From Chloropicon primus (Eukaryota), in the NCBI GenBank assembly GCA_023205875.1, contig CP060766.1:62001-126000 (forward strand): DNA of 64,000 nt, written 5' to 3'. Below are positions 1-9,776 of this stretch, piece by piece; position 1 is the stretch's first letter; the number at the start of each line of letters is the position of its first letter. A program made the translations under genes and the position numbers. Below the pieces are notes generated by a model that was given only the letters and a program-made list of their open reading frames with translations, had not been told where the DNA came from and ran no database searches.

Positions 1-444
1 CCACTTGTACTTTCCGTAGCCATGCTTCACACCCTCCGACCACTCCCCCTCGTAGAAGCTGCCGTCGCTCCACTCGTACTTTCCGTAGCCGTGCGGCTGC
101 GTCGTGGACGGAAGAGAGAACAACACAATAAGAGCAAGAGAGACAGACGGAAACAGACTCGCAGTTAGTCCTCCGCATTCATTCATTCATTCATTCCAAA
201 AAGAAGGTCCACCTGTCGAGGGAAGAGAAAGAGAGATGGAGAGAGAGAGAGAGAGAGAGGGAGTGCGCGCGCGTGTGTGCGTATGTGGAGGAGGCAGGGC
301 GAGAGGTCCAATGCCGAGCCTCTCCCTCCCTCGCTCCCTCGCTCTCTGAGTCCCACTTACGAGGTCGTTTTCCACCGCCCCGTGGTACACGTCGCCGTTT
401 GGGAAGGTATGCCTGCACGAGTCGGACTCCATTTCGTTCGCCAT
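1..444 (-). CDS. MORN-repeat protein, 5' part (possibly a PIP5-kinase); runs off the window
   Basis: Exon 444-361 (MANEMESDSCRHTFPNGDVYHGAVENDL), intron 360-97 (GTAAGT, branch CTAAC, CAG), exon 96-1 PHGYGKYEWSDGSFYEGEWSEGVKHGYGKYKW = consecutive MORN repeats. Confidence 0.8.
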
Positions 445-1179
445 CCCGCCCGTGAGAGATCCTTCCGCTCCTGTCCCCTCCTCCCTCTCTCTGGCTCCTC
501 GGTTGTTGGTTTGAGGTGGGGCTACCGCAGCAGCGACCGCTTTCGTTCCAAAGAGCAAAGGAGAGCGACGCGACACGTCGGTAGAGGAAGGCGTGACGTG
601 ACGCGACGCGACGCGACGTGACGTGAGCGGACCGCCTCGCCCTCGTGTCCCAACCCTCCGAGGCCTCTTTCGTTCGTAAGCGCCGGCCGCGCCAACAACC
701 ACAACACAGCCCCTCGCTCTCAAGCTTTTTCACACAAGATTTTTCAAATCCCTCCTCTGCTTGGATGGAGACCTTGGAGATGGAGGAAGGAGTCATGCGA
801 TGCAATGCCGGACCTCCACCACGGGGACAAGAGGAGCGGGCCTTGGATACACAAGCATCAGGATGAACTCTCTCTCTCTCCCATTCTCATCTCTCTCTCT
901 CTCTCTGTGTATTGGTTTGGATTGGGTTGGCTCACCTTTCTTGTTGCTCTCCACACCAAGATGGGAGGATGGCCGCAGCAGGACAACGCGCACGAGAGGG
1001 AGGGAGAGGGATGGGATGGGGATCGGGTGGGGGTGGATGAGGACAGGTAATATGCAAGCAAGCTGCGATCTGGAAATGTTTAGGGGGGAGGTCAGCCGGG
1101 ACCCAAGGCTCAGACCCCCGAACGCCTCAACACCCTATCGTCGTCCAAGTCGACTGCCGGCACCGGTGCGTTGCTGCCT

Positions 1180-2340
1180 TCAGAGGGTGACCCGGGGTGG
1201 ACACCGCTTGAGAATGCACTCCCCCGCCGTGGCCTCCCCCGAGATGTGGGGAGAGATGAGAGAGCCAACACCCCCGGACCCTTCCGGGTTCTCGAGCTCA
1301 AAGCCGTTAGAGAAGACAACGCGGCCCGGAAGGACATCGTATCGGTACTGCGTCACCTCGCCGTCCGCAAAGGCCCTGGCGATGGCGCTGCTCGTGTCTT
1401 TGTTCAGGTTGCACCCCCCCGCCAGCACACGCTGAAGCGGGGTCAAAACGTCCTGAGCGATTCGCAGGGGCGTTCCTGGCTGGGCGCCGACGTGTTCCAC
1501 AAAATAGTACTTCCCCCCTGGCTTCAGGATCCTCCTGATCTCCGCTAAAGTCGCGTCCTGGTCCTCCACGGAGCACAGCAGCAGAGTGGCGATCACGGCA
1601 TCGGCACTGGAGTCCGGGAGCCCCGTGGCTCCGGCGTCCGCAACCACGAGGTTCACGTCAGGCGCACTCTCGAGCTTCGCTATTCGGTCCCTCGCGTACC
1701 CGAACATTTCGCAATTGGTGTCTATCCCCGTAATCGTGTCCCCCTTGCCCGCCCTCCCGGGAGCGTAGTACTGCAGGTTGGGCCCGGACCCGATGCCGAG
1801 CTCCACGATGCTCAAGTTCTCCCTCGGGCTCCCGGCCAGGCCTCCGAACAATCTTCGTTTCATCAGAGCGATGCTCTTCTCGTAACCAACCATCCCCTCC
1901 GAAAGGTTCACCGCCTGAAACTTGTCGTACCGCTGGGCCAAGTAACCACGTCTCGACCGCACCCTCCCCTCGGTCGACCGAGCTGCGCAAGCTGGGTTCC
2001 CGCAGCACTGCAACAAGAGTCCTGTGCCTCCGAACAGAACGGATGACCTTCGTGACGCTTGGTTCCCGTCCCGATTCAGCTCCACGCCCTCCAACCCTCC
2101 ATCCTCCCGGCCACGCCCTGCCCTCACGGGACCCGCCCTGGTGGTCGTCAACTCCTTCTTCTTCTTCTTCTTCTTCTTCGTCGTCGTCGTCATCGTCGTC
2201 ATCATCGACACGCTGTTGATGTTGAAGTTGATGTTGGTGTTGCTGATCAGCTTCGGACGGTTCGCTCTCGCTGGTACGGCCTCCCTTCCCTCCCGACCGA
2301 TGGCGGACCACGCGCATCTCGACCGTGCGACGAGCGCCAT
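1180..2340 (-). CDS. Class I SAM-dependent methyltransferase (METTL7/Methyltransf_11-like) with transit-peptide-like N-terminus
   Basis: ELGIGSGPN motif I, DAVIATLLLCSV, EIRRILKPGGKYYFVEHV, GGCNLNKD; the exact C-terminus is uncertain. Confidence 0.8.
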   Translation of the reverse strand: MALVARSRCAWSAIGREGREAVPARANRPKLISNTNINFNINSVSMMTTMTTTTKKKKKKKKELTTTRAGPVRAGRGREDGGLEGVELNRDGNQASRRSSVLFGGTGLLLQCCGNPACAARSTEGRVRSRRGYLAQRYDKFQAVNLSEGMVGYEKSIALMKRRLFGGLAGSPRENLSIVELGIGSGPNLQYYAPGRAGKGDTITGIDTNCEMFGYARDRIAKLESAPDVNLVVADAGATGLPDSSADAVIATLLLCSVEDQDATLAEIRRILKPGGKYYFVEHVGAQPGTPLRIAQDVLTPLQRVLAGGCNLNKDTSSAIARAFADGEVTQYRYDVLPGRVVFSNGFELENPEGSGGVGSLISPHISGEATAGECILKRCPPRVTL

Positions 2341-2667
2341 GGTCACGCCCCTCGTCCCCGTCCCCGTCCTCGTCCTCGTCCTCGTGCGCCCGATCGATCG
2401 CGCGAGTGGATCCATCGGAGCCACGTGCCTTGCTGCTGATTGTAATATGGCGCCAAGGTGTGTATGATGGATACTGGATTGGATCGATTGCATTACTCGA
2501 GGACGAGGGGGTGAGGGAGCAAGAGAGTTGACTGGTTGGAAGCATCGCGTCACGCTCTTTCCGAAGTGCCCTCACTTGGGTAGAATGCCGCCGTGGTGAA
2601 GAAGAGGAAAAGCAGGACAGGAAGAAGACCGTGGTGTTATGTTTGTGTTGGTACTACAATGTCGCAA

Positions 2668-4722
2668 TCACAAGATCGGCTCCGAGCCGTTCCAATCGAC
2701 AGTGACCTTGGGCCACCTCGTCTCAATAACTTTCTCCAGGGGCGGCCTGTCCTCGTCCTCCCCCTCGTCGTCCAAGGACAGGTTGTCCCCGAACGCTGGC
2801 GACAAGGAGGGCCGGGACGGTCTAACGGTGAGTTTGATGATGTCGTCCTGGTTGGCAAGCTCGTCGTAGTAGTACAGGTCCAGAGAATCAGAGGGAGAGA
2901 GCTTTGACTCGCCCGTGGAGCACTTCATGTCGCTGGCAAAGAGGACAGAGAAGTGCGACTCGGAATTCACGACCCAGATGGGTTTGTAAGGATCCTTGAG
3001 GTTGCTCCCCACCTTGAGGTGCTTGTACCACTCGAAAATGGTGAGGAACCCGCACCGGGATCTTGCCTTGACGCCCTTCAGCGTCGTGCTCTCGTCCAAG
3101 GCCATGTTGCCGTCAAAAACATTCGTAGCCGCTCGGCCACTGAGCAACAGGTTCACCAGATCTTGAGTGCAGTACCCGTATCCACCGATAAGGCCGCAAG
3201 ATGGATCGTCCATGTCCCCGCCAATCGACGTCACGCCTCGAGTCAGAGCCACGGAGAGCACGAACGAGATTAGGCCGTACCCCTTCTTCTCACTAAGTTT
3301 GCCCATCAAGCTCCGCAAGGTTCTCTCTGCCTCCGAGGTGCTCCCCACGGCGTACACCTCCAGTGAGTTCATGTACTCGCTGAAGCTCAAGCCTTGCTCC
3401 GAGTGCACGCTGCTGCCACTGGTGACTATTTTCAGAGACCCTGTTGTGACTTGCTTGAGCATTCTGGCCAGCGCCTTGGCCAGGGCTGCCGCTCTCACCT
3501 CGTCTGACACGAGCTCTGGGTTCGCGACCCATCCTTCCACATCCGGAAGCGACTCCATGAGGGCGTCCAGGACGGATGCTTGGACTGCAGCCAGAACCCC
3601 GCAAGGTCCGCCCTCCTCCTGCACAATGCCGTACCTCAGCCTCGGGTTATCGGAAAAGTAAAAGCCTTGGACCCACGATGGAGGCGGGCTCGTTCTGTCT
3701 TTCCCCAGGAGGATTGTCTTCAGACGGCGCGCAGTACTGATGTCCACGTCCTCTGCGGAGGGCAGTCCGGGCTTGCAGGAAGTGTGGGACAAGAAGCCGC
3801 CCGTCATGGACGCGGACGAGTGTCTGGCAGCAGCATCGATGCCATGGTTGTCCTTCCTCGACGAGGAAAAATCCTCATCAAAATCAACGTCTTCGATCAC
3901 CAGGTCGCTCTCGCCCTGCAGGCTTGGCTCTGACTCTCGCCCAAAGTTGCGTTGCGGCTTGGGAGGGGCGGTGCTCGGGCGTGCCAGGCGCGGTTTTTGC
4001 GGCTGCATGCTGCCGCTGTCCCTTCCCACGCCATTCCTGGCCCCCATGCTCTTCAGCTCGTCCATGAGGAAGCTCGTGGTCGCCCCCGGCTTGGGCGGAG
4101 AGGCGGCCGCAGAAAAAGCTGCCGTCCCGACAGGTCGACCGAGAACGGGAGACACCTTAGGAGGTTTTTCGCCACCAGTCCCGTTTCCGTCGGCAAACCT
4201 CGGACCAACACCAACACCCCGCGACGAGGAGGTGGAGGTGGTTCTGCCCATGACCCGGAGTCCAGAGTCTTGGGCTGGGCTCTGCCTCGCCGTCGCGGGA
4301 CGCTGCTTTGCGGTCCTTGCGGCCCCCGATGGATCCGACCTGGACGACGCCGCGACCTTCTTGGTCGACAGCGTGTAACGGACCAGCATATCGAGCGTAG
4401 CCGGTAGCTTCTCGTCCTCGGCCAGCTTCCTCTTCAGTCTTCCCGCAAACCTGTCCAGCCCAAGGGACTTCCGCAAGACGTTCTTGTTGGTGATGCTGTT
4501 GCCGTCCCTTGGCCTCTCTCCATCGAAAGCGGCGAGGGTCTCCTTCAAGCCCTCCCTGTGAAGGTACTCTCTCACCAAGGCCTCTGCCAAGACCACACTG
4601 CTGCTGCTGGACGTCGTCGTCGTCGTCGTCGTCGTCGTCGAGTTTACCGTCCCAGGCGATCTCGTCCTGTCCGCCCCAAAGGCCACCCCGTAACGCCCCT
4701 CAGCCATCGTGCTCGCCCCCAT
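2668..4722 (-). CDS. MINDY4: MINDY-3/4 family deubiquitinase (FAM188B-like)
   Basis: QEEGGPCGVLAAVQA catalytic Cys, SESHFSVLF catalytic His, YYYDELANQ, terminal WNGSEPIL; N-terminal LVREYLHREGLKETL; start 4722 or 4707. Confidence 0.85.
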   Translation of the reverse strand: MGASTMAEGRYGVAFGADRTRSPGTVNSTTTTTTTTTSSSSSVVLAEALVREYLHREGLKETLAAFDGERPRDGNSITNKNVLRKSLGLDRFAGRLKRKLAEDEKLPATLDMLVRYTLSTKKVAASSRSDPSGAARTAKQRPATARQSPAQDSGLRVMGRTTSTSSSRGVGVGPRFADGNGTGGEKPPKVSPVLGRPVGTAAFSAAASPPKPGATTSFLMDELKSMGARNGVGRDSGSMQPQKPRLARPSTAPPKPQRNFGRESEPSLQGESDLVIEDVDFDEDFSSSRKDNHGIDAAARHSSASMTGGFLSHTSCKPGLPSAEDVDISTARRLKTILLGKDRTSPPPSWVQGFYFSDNPRLRYGIVQEEGGPCGVLAAVQASVLDALMESLPDVEGWVANPELVSDEVRAAALAKALARMLKQVTTGSLKIVTSGSSVHSEQGLSFSEYMNSLEVYAVGSTSEAERTLRSLMGKLSEKKGYGLISFVLSVALTRGVTSIGGDMDDPSCGLIGGYGYCTQDLVNLLLSGRAATNVFDGNMALDESTTLKGVKARSRCGFLTIFEWYKHLKVGSNLKDPYKPIWVVNSESHFSVLFASDMKCSTGESKLSPSDSLDLYYYDELANQDDIIKLTVRPSRPSLSPAFGDNLSLDDEGEDEDRPPLEKVIETRWPKVTVDWNGSEPIL

Positions 4723-5284
4723 CACCCCTCCTTCCCCCCCAACACCAACAGCAACACTGCAGGCAGGCGAGTCCAAACCACACCACTACTCCAAGATCCC
4801 GTCTTGACCTTCCTGAAACCTGCCAACCGAGGTATGAATCGAAAGACGGCGAGGCAACGGGTCCGATGAGACGTCTTCCGACCACTCCACCCTTTTCCTC
4901 GTCCCCTCACTTGCCCCTCACTTGCCCCTCACTTCCTTCTCCTCCTCTGCCAGGCGAAGTCCAAGATTAATGGACAAAAACCAAACGTCTCTTTTGGAAT
5001 TTTCGTTCCCTCCAAAACTGAGAACTGACAGACGGGAAGTGACGAGGACGACGACGAGACGAAAGCGGCGCGCACGGAGGGCGAGGACGTGTCGAGAGGG
5101 AGGGTGGGAAGCGTGCAGGCGGAAGGAACTTCTCTTCTTCTTTCGTTCGAGTGGTCGGTCGTAAGATTTGACCCCGTGGCGAGGATTGGACGAGAAGAAG
5201 AAAGAGGGGGTGACTCGAATCGAAACACTTTTTGATTGGTATTTTTTTGTGCTGAAGGGGAGGACAAGGGAATCAGTCGCGGCA

Positions 5285-6214
5285 ATGGTGAGTGGGTGCG
5301 ATCGAACGGGACGGGACGGGATCTGTCTCGAGGTGGTCGCTCCGAGTGAACTCCGACGGGGCTTTCCTTCATTTTCCAAAAGAGGTTTCGTTCTGTGATG
5401 CTCGACCCCTCGGGAGGCCCAGCACCACGACCGGGTCACTGAACCTCCAAGCGTTTTCGGTTTCGCTTTTTCTTTACTCTCTCCGCGTGGTCGCCGCTTG
5501 ATCGACAGGGGGGTAAGAAGAGGGGCATGAGCCTGGCCGAGAAGAGGGAGGTCCTCCTCAAGGTATTTTCGGACTCTGAGGACGTCTTCGCTCTCAAGGT
5601 GAGTTGTTGCTCTTGTTCTCCTCGGTCCCTTCGCGCAAGCCACTGACGCCTTGTTTTCGATCACTTTCTTGGCGTTCAAGGAGCTCGAAAAGATCGCCAG
5701 CAAGCGCGGGATCAACTCCATGGTGGTCAAGGACTTGCTCCAAGGCATGGCAGACGACGACCTGATCCACGCGGAGAAGGTCGGCATATCGACGTACTAC
5801 TGGATGTTCCCCTCGGAGGCCGGCCTCAAGATCTCCAACTTGATCTCCTCCCTCGAGAGCGACCTCAAGGCCTTGACGAGCGAGAAGACCAAGCTCGACT
5901 GCGAGCTGGCCACGAGGCAGGCGCTGGTCTACGAGAGCGAGGAGAGGCCCGCCCTTCTGAAGAAGCTGAAGCTGGTGAAGGAGGAGAGGGGTGAGGTCGA
6001 GAAGGAGCTCGGCAAATTCGCGGACTGCGACCACGAAGTGTATCTACAGATGAAGGGGGGGCTGTCGGCATCGAAGGACGCCGCGAACAGGTGGGTCGAC
6101 AACATTTGGTCCCTCGAGGGCTGGATGAAGAAGAAGTTCGAGGGCCGAGGCAAGGACATCGACGCCTTCTTCAAGTCCAAGGGAGTGACGGAGGACCTTG
6201 ACACCATCCCTTAA
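5285..6214 (+). CDS. MND1: Meiotic nuclear division protein 1
   Basis: Exons 5285-5287 (ATG only), 5509-5598, 5681-6214 give MGGKKRGMSLAEKREVLLKVFSDSEDVFALKELEKIASKRGINSMVVKDLLQGMADDDLIHAEKVGISTYYWMFPS...AANRWVDNIWSL; both introns GTGAGT...AG. Confidence 0.9.
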
Positions 6215-6506
6215 AGAGGTCCTCGCACGAGACGAGAGGGACGGCGCAAACAATTGTCCTCCCTCGTGCGCTGCATGTAAAACCAACCGAGACAAGTGTA
6301 AAACAACAAGTTCGACCGACGACAACGACGACGCGCCCGGAGAAAAGCTTTTCTCTTCTCTTTCTTTTGAGTTGAACTATTATTCTTTTGTGAAGAAGGG
6401 CCTTTGCCTTAATATGGACAAAGGTTCCAGTTTATGGTACTTAAGATTATAGATTACTCCCCGACCCGAGAACCTGCAGTCTCAACGCAAACTATGGTGC
6501 ACATAG

Positions 6507-7180
6507 TTAGGCCTTGACAGCGTACTTCCTGAGGGAGAACTGGGCGTCCTTCTTCTGCTGCTTGACGGTCTTAAGGTTCTTCTGAGCCTTGGTCAAAGCC
6601 TTTCTGATGGCCCTGGTCTTCTTCACTCTCAAGTCCAATGGCTTGTGCTGCTTTCCCTCATAAGCCTTCTGGAGCGCGGCCCTCTGGTTGTGGGAGATGA
6701 CGGTGAGCACCCTCGCGATGGAGAGGCGGACCATCTTAATCTTGGACAGCTTGTTTGGGGCTCCTCCGGTAACCTTGGCGACGCGGAGAAGGGCAAGCTC
6801 TGACTTCAAGTCCTTGAGCTGGTTGAGAAGCTCCTGCTTGCTCTTGCTCCTAAGGTCACTCACTCTCAGTCTCGCTGAAGAACAAGAAGGAAAAAACGAC
6901 GAGGGGTCAGAACACAAGAAGAAGGCCAAAGGAAAGGCATCCACCACGCCACGCCACGCCATGCCACGACACCGTCCTCACACACACACACACAAACAAA
7001 CAAACACAAACACACGCTCGCTCACTCGCGTCATTCCCCCATCAGGTTTTCCTCTTCTTTGGCAGGAGGAGGACCCGCGAGGAGGAAAGGAAAGGGAAAG
7101 AAAGAAAACGTCGTCGTCGCTTTCACCTCCTCGTCCTCGCGTTCGTCGTCTTCGGTCGTCTTCCTCGCTGACTTACACAT
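6507..7180 (-). CDS. RPL35: 60S ribosomal protein L35 (uL29)
   Basis: Exon 7180-7177 (ATG T), intron 7176-6875 (GTAAGT...CAG), exon 6874-6507; [42 protein letters not shown]. Confidence 0.95.
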
Positions 7181-7688
7181 CGTTCCGGTTCTCGCGTCCT
7201 GTCGTCGGTCGTCTCGTCGCTCGTCGTTGTGTTTGGCTCTTCTCTTCTGACGAGCGCAGCAGCCGCCGCCGCCTTTTTCCTCAAAGACGTATCATTTCAC
7301 GAAACACGTAACAACAATGTGAGAAAACTACCAATAGTGAATCTCTACCAACGAACAATTATGGTGTTCGGTAAGAGATGAACTGGTAGAATGCGATATC
7401 TGTTCGTAGGTGACGTCCCGTGTAGAACGTGTTTTGGGTGTGAGATTGTGCTTTTTGTTTCGAGCGCGAGGCGGTCACTCGGTCACTCGGTCACTCGGTC
7501 GAGAGGCAGAGGCCTTTGGTTCGGGGTTTGTTTCGTGCCTAGGACGGTCGTCAGGGGGGAGGACAAGTCTACCATACGAATCTACATCTCGAGAGCTTTC
7601 GATTGATACCTTGGTCGAGGAGTTTCGCGTCCGATTGATACTGTGGTCCTTGTTCCCATTCCTTCATTCATTCATTCCTTCATTCAGC

Positions 7689-8144
7689 ATGAGCGTGATG
7701 AGAATGCAAGGCTTGGTGAGGAGGGCGTCCGTGTCGATGCCGGGGTTCCTGGGCGGGGCGTCCGTGTCGAACTCCGTCAGCGTCATCGCAGAGGCTGACA
7801 CCCCCGGAGACGCTCGGGTTGGGTTTCTTTCGTGGTTCCGTCACGCGACGAAGAAGGCCGGCGGAACGAGCAGGAACGGGAGGGACTCGAACCCAAAGTA
7901 CCTCGGAGTGAAAAAGTTCGGAGGAGAGTACGTGATACCGGGAAACATCATCGTGAGGCAGCGGGGGACGAAGTTCCATCCGGGACAGCACGTGGGCATG
8001 GGACGAGACCACACCATTTACTCCTTGGTCACGGGCCAGGTCAAGTTCTCCGTCGACGCCACGACCAACTCGAAGAAGCCCAGGAAGTACATCTCTGTCG
8101 TCCCGGGGGAGGACAGGAGGCTCAAGAGGTGGAGGAAGAAGTAA
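7689..8144 (+). CDS. Organellar (probably mitochondrial) ribosomal protein bL27
   Basis: [49 protein letters not shown] after an Arg/Ser-rich presequence. Confidence 0.9.
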   Translation: MSVMRMQGLVRRASVSMPGFLGGASVSNSVSVIAEADTPGDARVGFLSWFRHATKKAGGTSRNGRDSNPKYLGVKKFGGEYVIPGNIIVRQRGTKFHPGQHVGMGRDHTIYSLVTGQVKFSVDATTNSKKPRKYISVVPGEDRRLKRWRKK

Positions 8145-8280
8145 AAATAGGGCTGTCGTCGTAAATTATCCATAGAAGACCGCAAATTCTTTTTCACTCT
8201 TCGTATATCATACAAACACCATACAATTTCATTTATTGTTGCTCCTCGGCTCGCTCGCTCCTATTGCTGTCCCCCGCGAG

Positions 8281-9279
8281 CTACTCCCCGGCGTAGGACC
8301 ACAGGGACTTCTGCGATTTCTTGTCGCCAAAGACGGCCAGGCTGCTGTTCCCGATCTCCGTGAACGGCCTCTTCGCTTGCCTCCGCCTCTTTTGGGACGC
8401 TTGCTGCTGCTGTTGTTCCTTCTTGCCCTCGCCGTCCTGGCGCTTCGTCACAGCGGAGGAAGCCTTTCCCATGAACTGCGTGATCCTCCTGTTGTTCCTC
8501 AAGGCCTTCTGCTTCTTCGTCCCGAGGTGCTGAAACTCCGCCGTGATGGACGTCGTGGGGATCGGAAGCGAGCACACCGAGGTAAGGATCTTCCTCCTGG
8601 CTCCCAGAGAGGACACGCCGAGGGTCAGCAAGTCGCTGTCCGTCAGAGTTCCAACCAATTCCAGAGACACTTCTTCCCTCACGAAGGCCTCGGCGTGCTT
8701 CTCCAGGCCCAGGGACCGAAGCCAGTCCACGACGCAAGTCTCGGGCGCCGGAGGCTCCCTCTGCGACGCTTGCCCGTCCCCCCCCGCGGCCTTCGCCTGC
8801 TTCTTGCTCCTCGTGCACTTCTTCACGTGGGCAACCCTCTGCTCGTACGTGCTTCGAGACAGGTCCTTGAAGCAGATGCCGCAGGTGTACGCCTCGCCCT
8901 TCATGTCTCTCGAGGTCTTGGACCGCGGACTCCTCCTCTCGCCTCCGTCGCCGCCGCTCCGCCCTTTCTGCCCGCAACGGGACACGTGACCCTGCCTGTG
9001 CACAAGCGACAGGTGCGTGATGTCCTCCCCGCACACGGGGCAAGCGCAAGACGACGCAGGCGCCACCGGGCACGACGCCCTCTGCTTCTCTTCCCGAGAA
9101 CAACCCGATGATGATGATGATGATGGTGGTGGTGAAGGAGGACCGGGTTCCCGTCCTTGCTGCTGCGTGACTTTGACCGGACTTCCTCCGCCAAAGTCAA
9201 GGCAGTCGTTGACATGCCTCTGCCTCCCCGACTCAGGAAGCCCGTCCAGCGGCAGCTTGCACACGGGACACTCCATCAT
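8281..9279 (-). CDS. Protein with three UBZ-like CxxC...H...C fingers, a SAM domain and a PIP-box-like motif
   Basis: CPVC..RHVNDC, CPVC..GHVSRC, CGIC..AHVKKC; SAM VVDWLRSLGLEKHAEAFVREEV...LGVSSLGARRKIL; NRRITQFM. Confidence 0.75.
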   Translation of the reverse strand: MMECPVCKLPLDGLPESGRQRHVNDCLDFGGGSPVKVTQQQGREPGPPSPPPSSSSSSGCSREEKQRASCPVAPASSCACPVCGEDITHLSLVHRQGHVSRCGQKGRSGGDGGERRSPRSKTSRDMKGEAYTCGICFKDLSRSTYEQRVAHVKKCTRSKKQAKAAGGDGQASQREPPAPETCVVDWLRSLGLEKHAEAFVREEVSLELVGTLTDSDLLTLGVSSLGARRKILTSVCSLPIPTTSITAEFQHLGTKKQKALRNNRRITQFMGKASSAVTKRQDGEGKKEQQQQQASQKRRRQAKRPFTEIGNSSLAVFGDKKSQKSLWSYAGE

Positions 9280-9776
9280 CAATGCAATCCTCTCGACCAA
9301 AAAACACTCTCGACAAACGATTCCTCCCGACCACTCCAACCGCCAAACGGGTCAAGCGACCCGTCAATGGAAAGATCTCGAGACGTATCTTTGTTCGCAC
9401 GCTCTTTGAGTCTTCGAGCTGTGGCCTCGACTATGGGGGCGCGTTCACTTAAAAAGCAGCTTCATCATGGCTGGGCACACCATGGTGATGGGCACACGGC
9501 GTCGCCAAGGGAAGTGCTGGTCGCTCGGGCAGGCCGGTCGCTCGGGCAAGCGACCGGCCTGGTGCGACGACGGACGTTCACAACTGAGGGTGAGGGTCGT
9601 GGTCTCCGATGACACTTTCAAAATTTCCACGACCACAGCCACAACCACAGCCACAGCCACAGCCACAGCCACAGCCACAGCCACAGCCACAACATCTCAC
9701 AAAAAGAGAGGAGAGGAGAGGAGAGGAGAGGGGGAGGAGGGGCTGGGCACTTCCACATTAACTCTACTTCGACACC

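Noticed and set aside
500..1100. Small spliced gene between the MORN and methyltransferase genes (GTGAG donor near 935, minus strand)
   Set aside because: Splice-like signals exist, but I could not build a coherent coding model; it may be UTR.
1130..1182. TGA at the end of the methyltransferase read as selenocysteine
   Set aside because: It is not at a catalytic Cys-like position, the frame closes 14 codons later, and I could not identify a SECIS.
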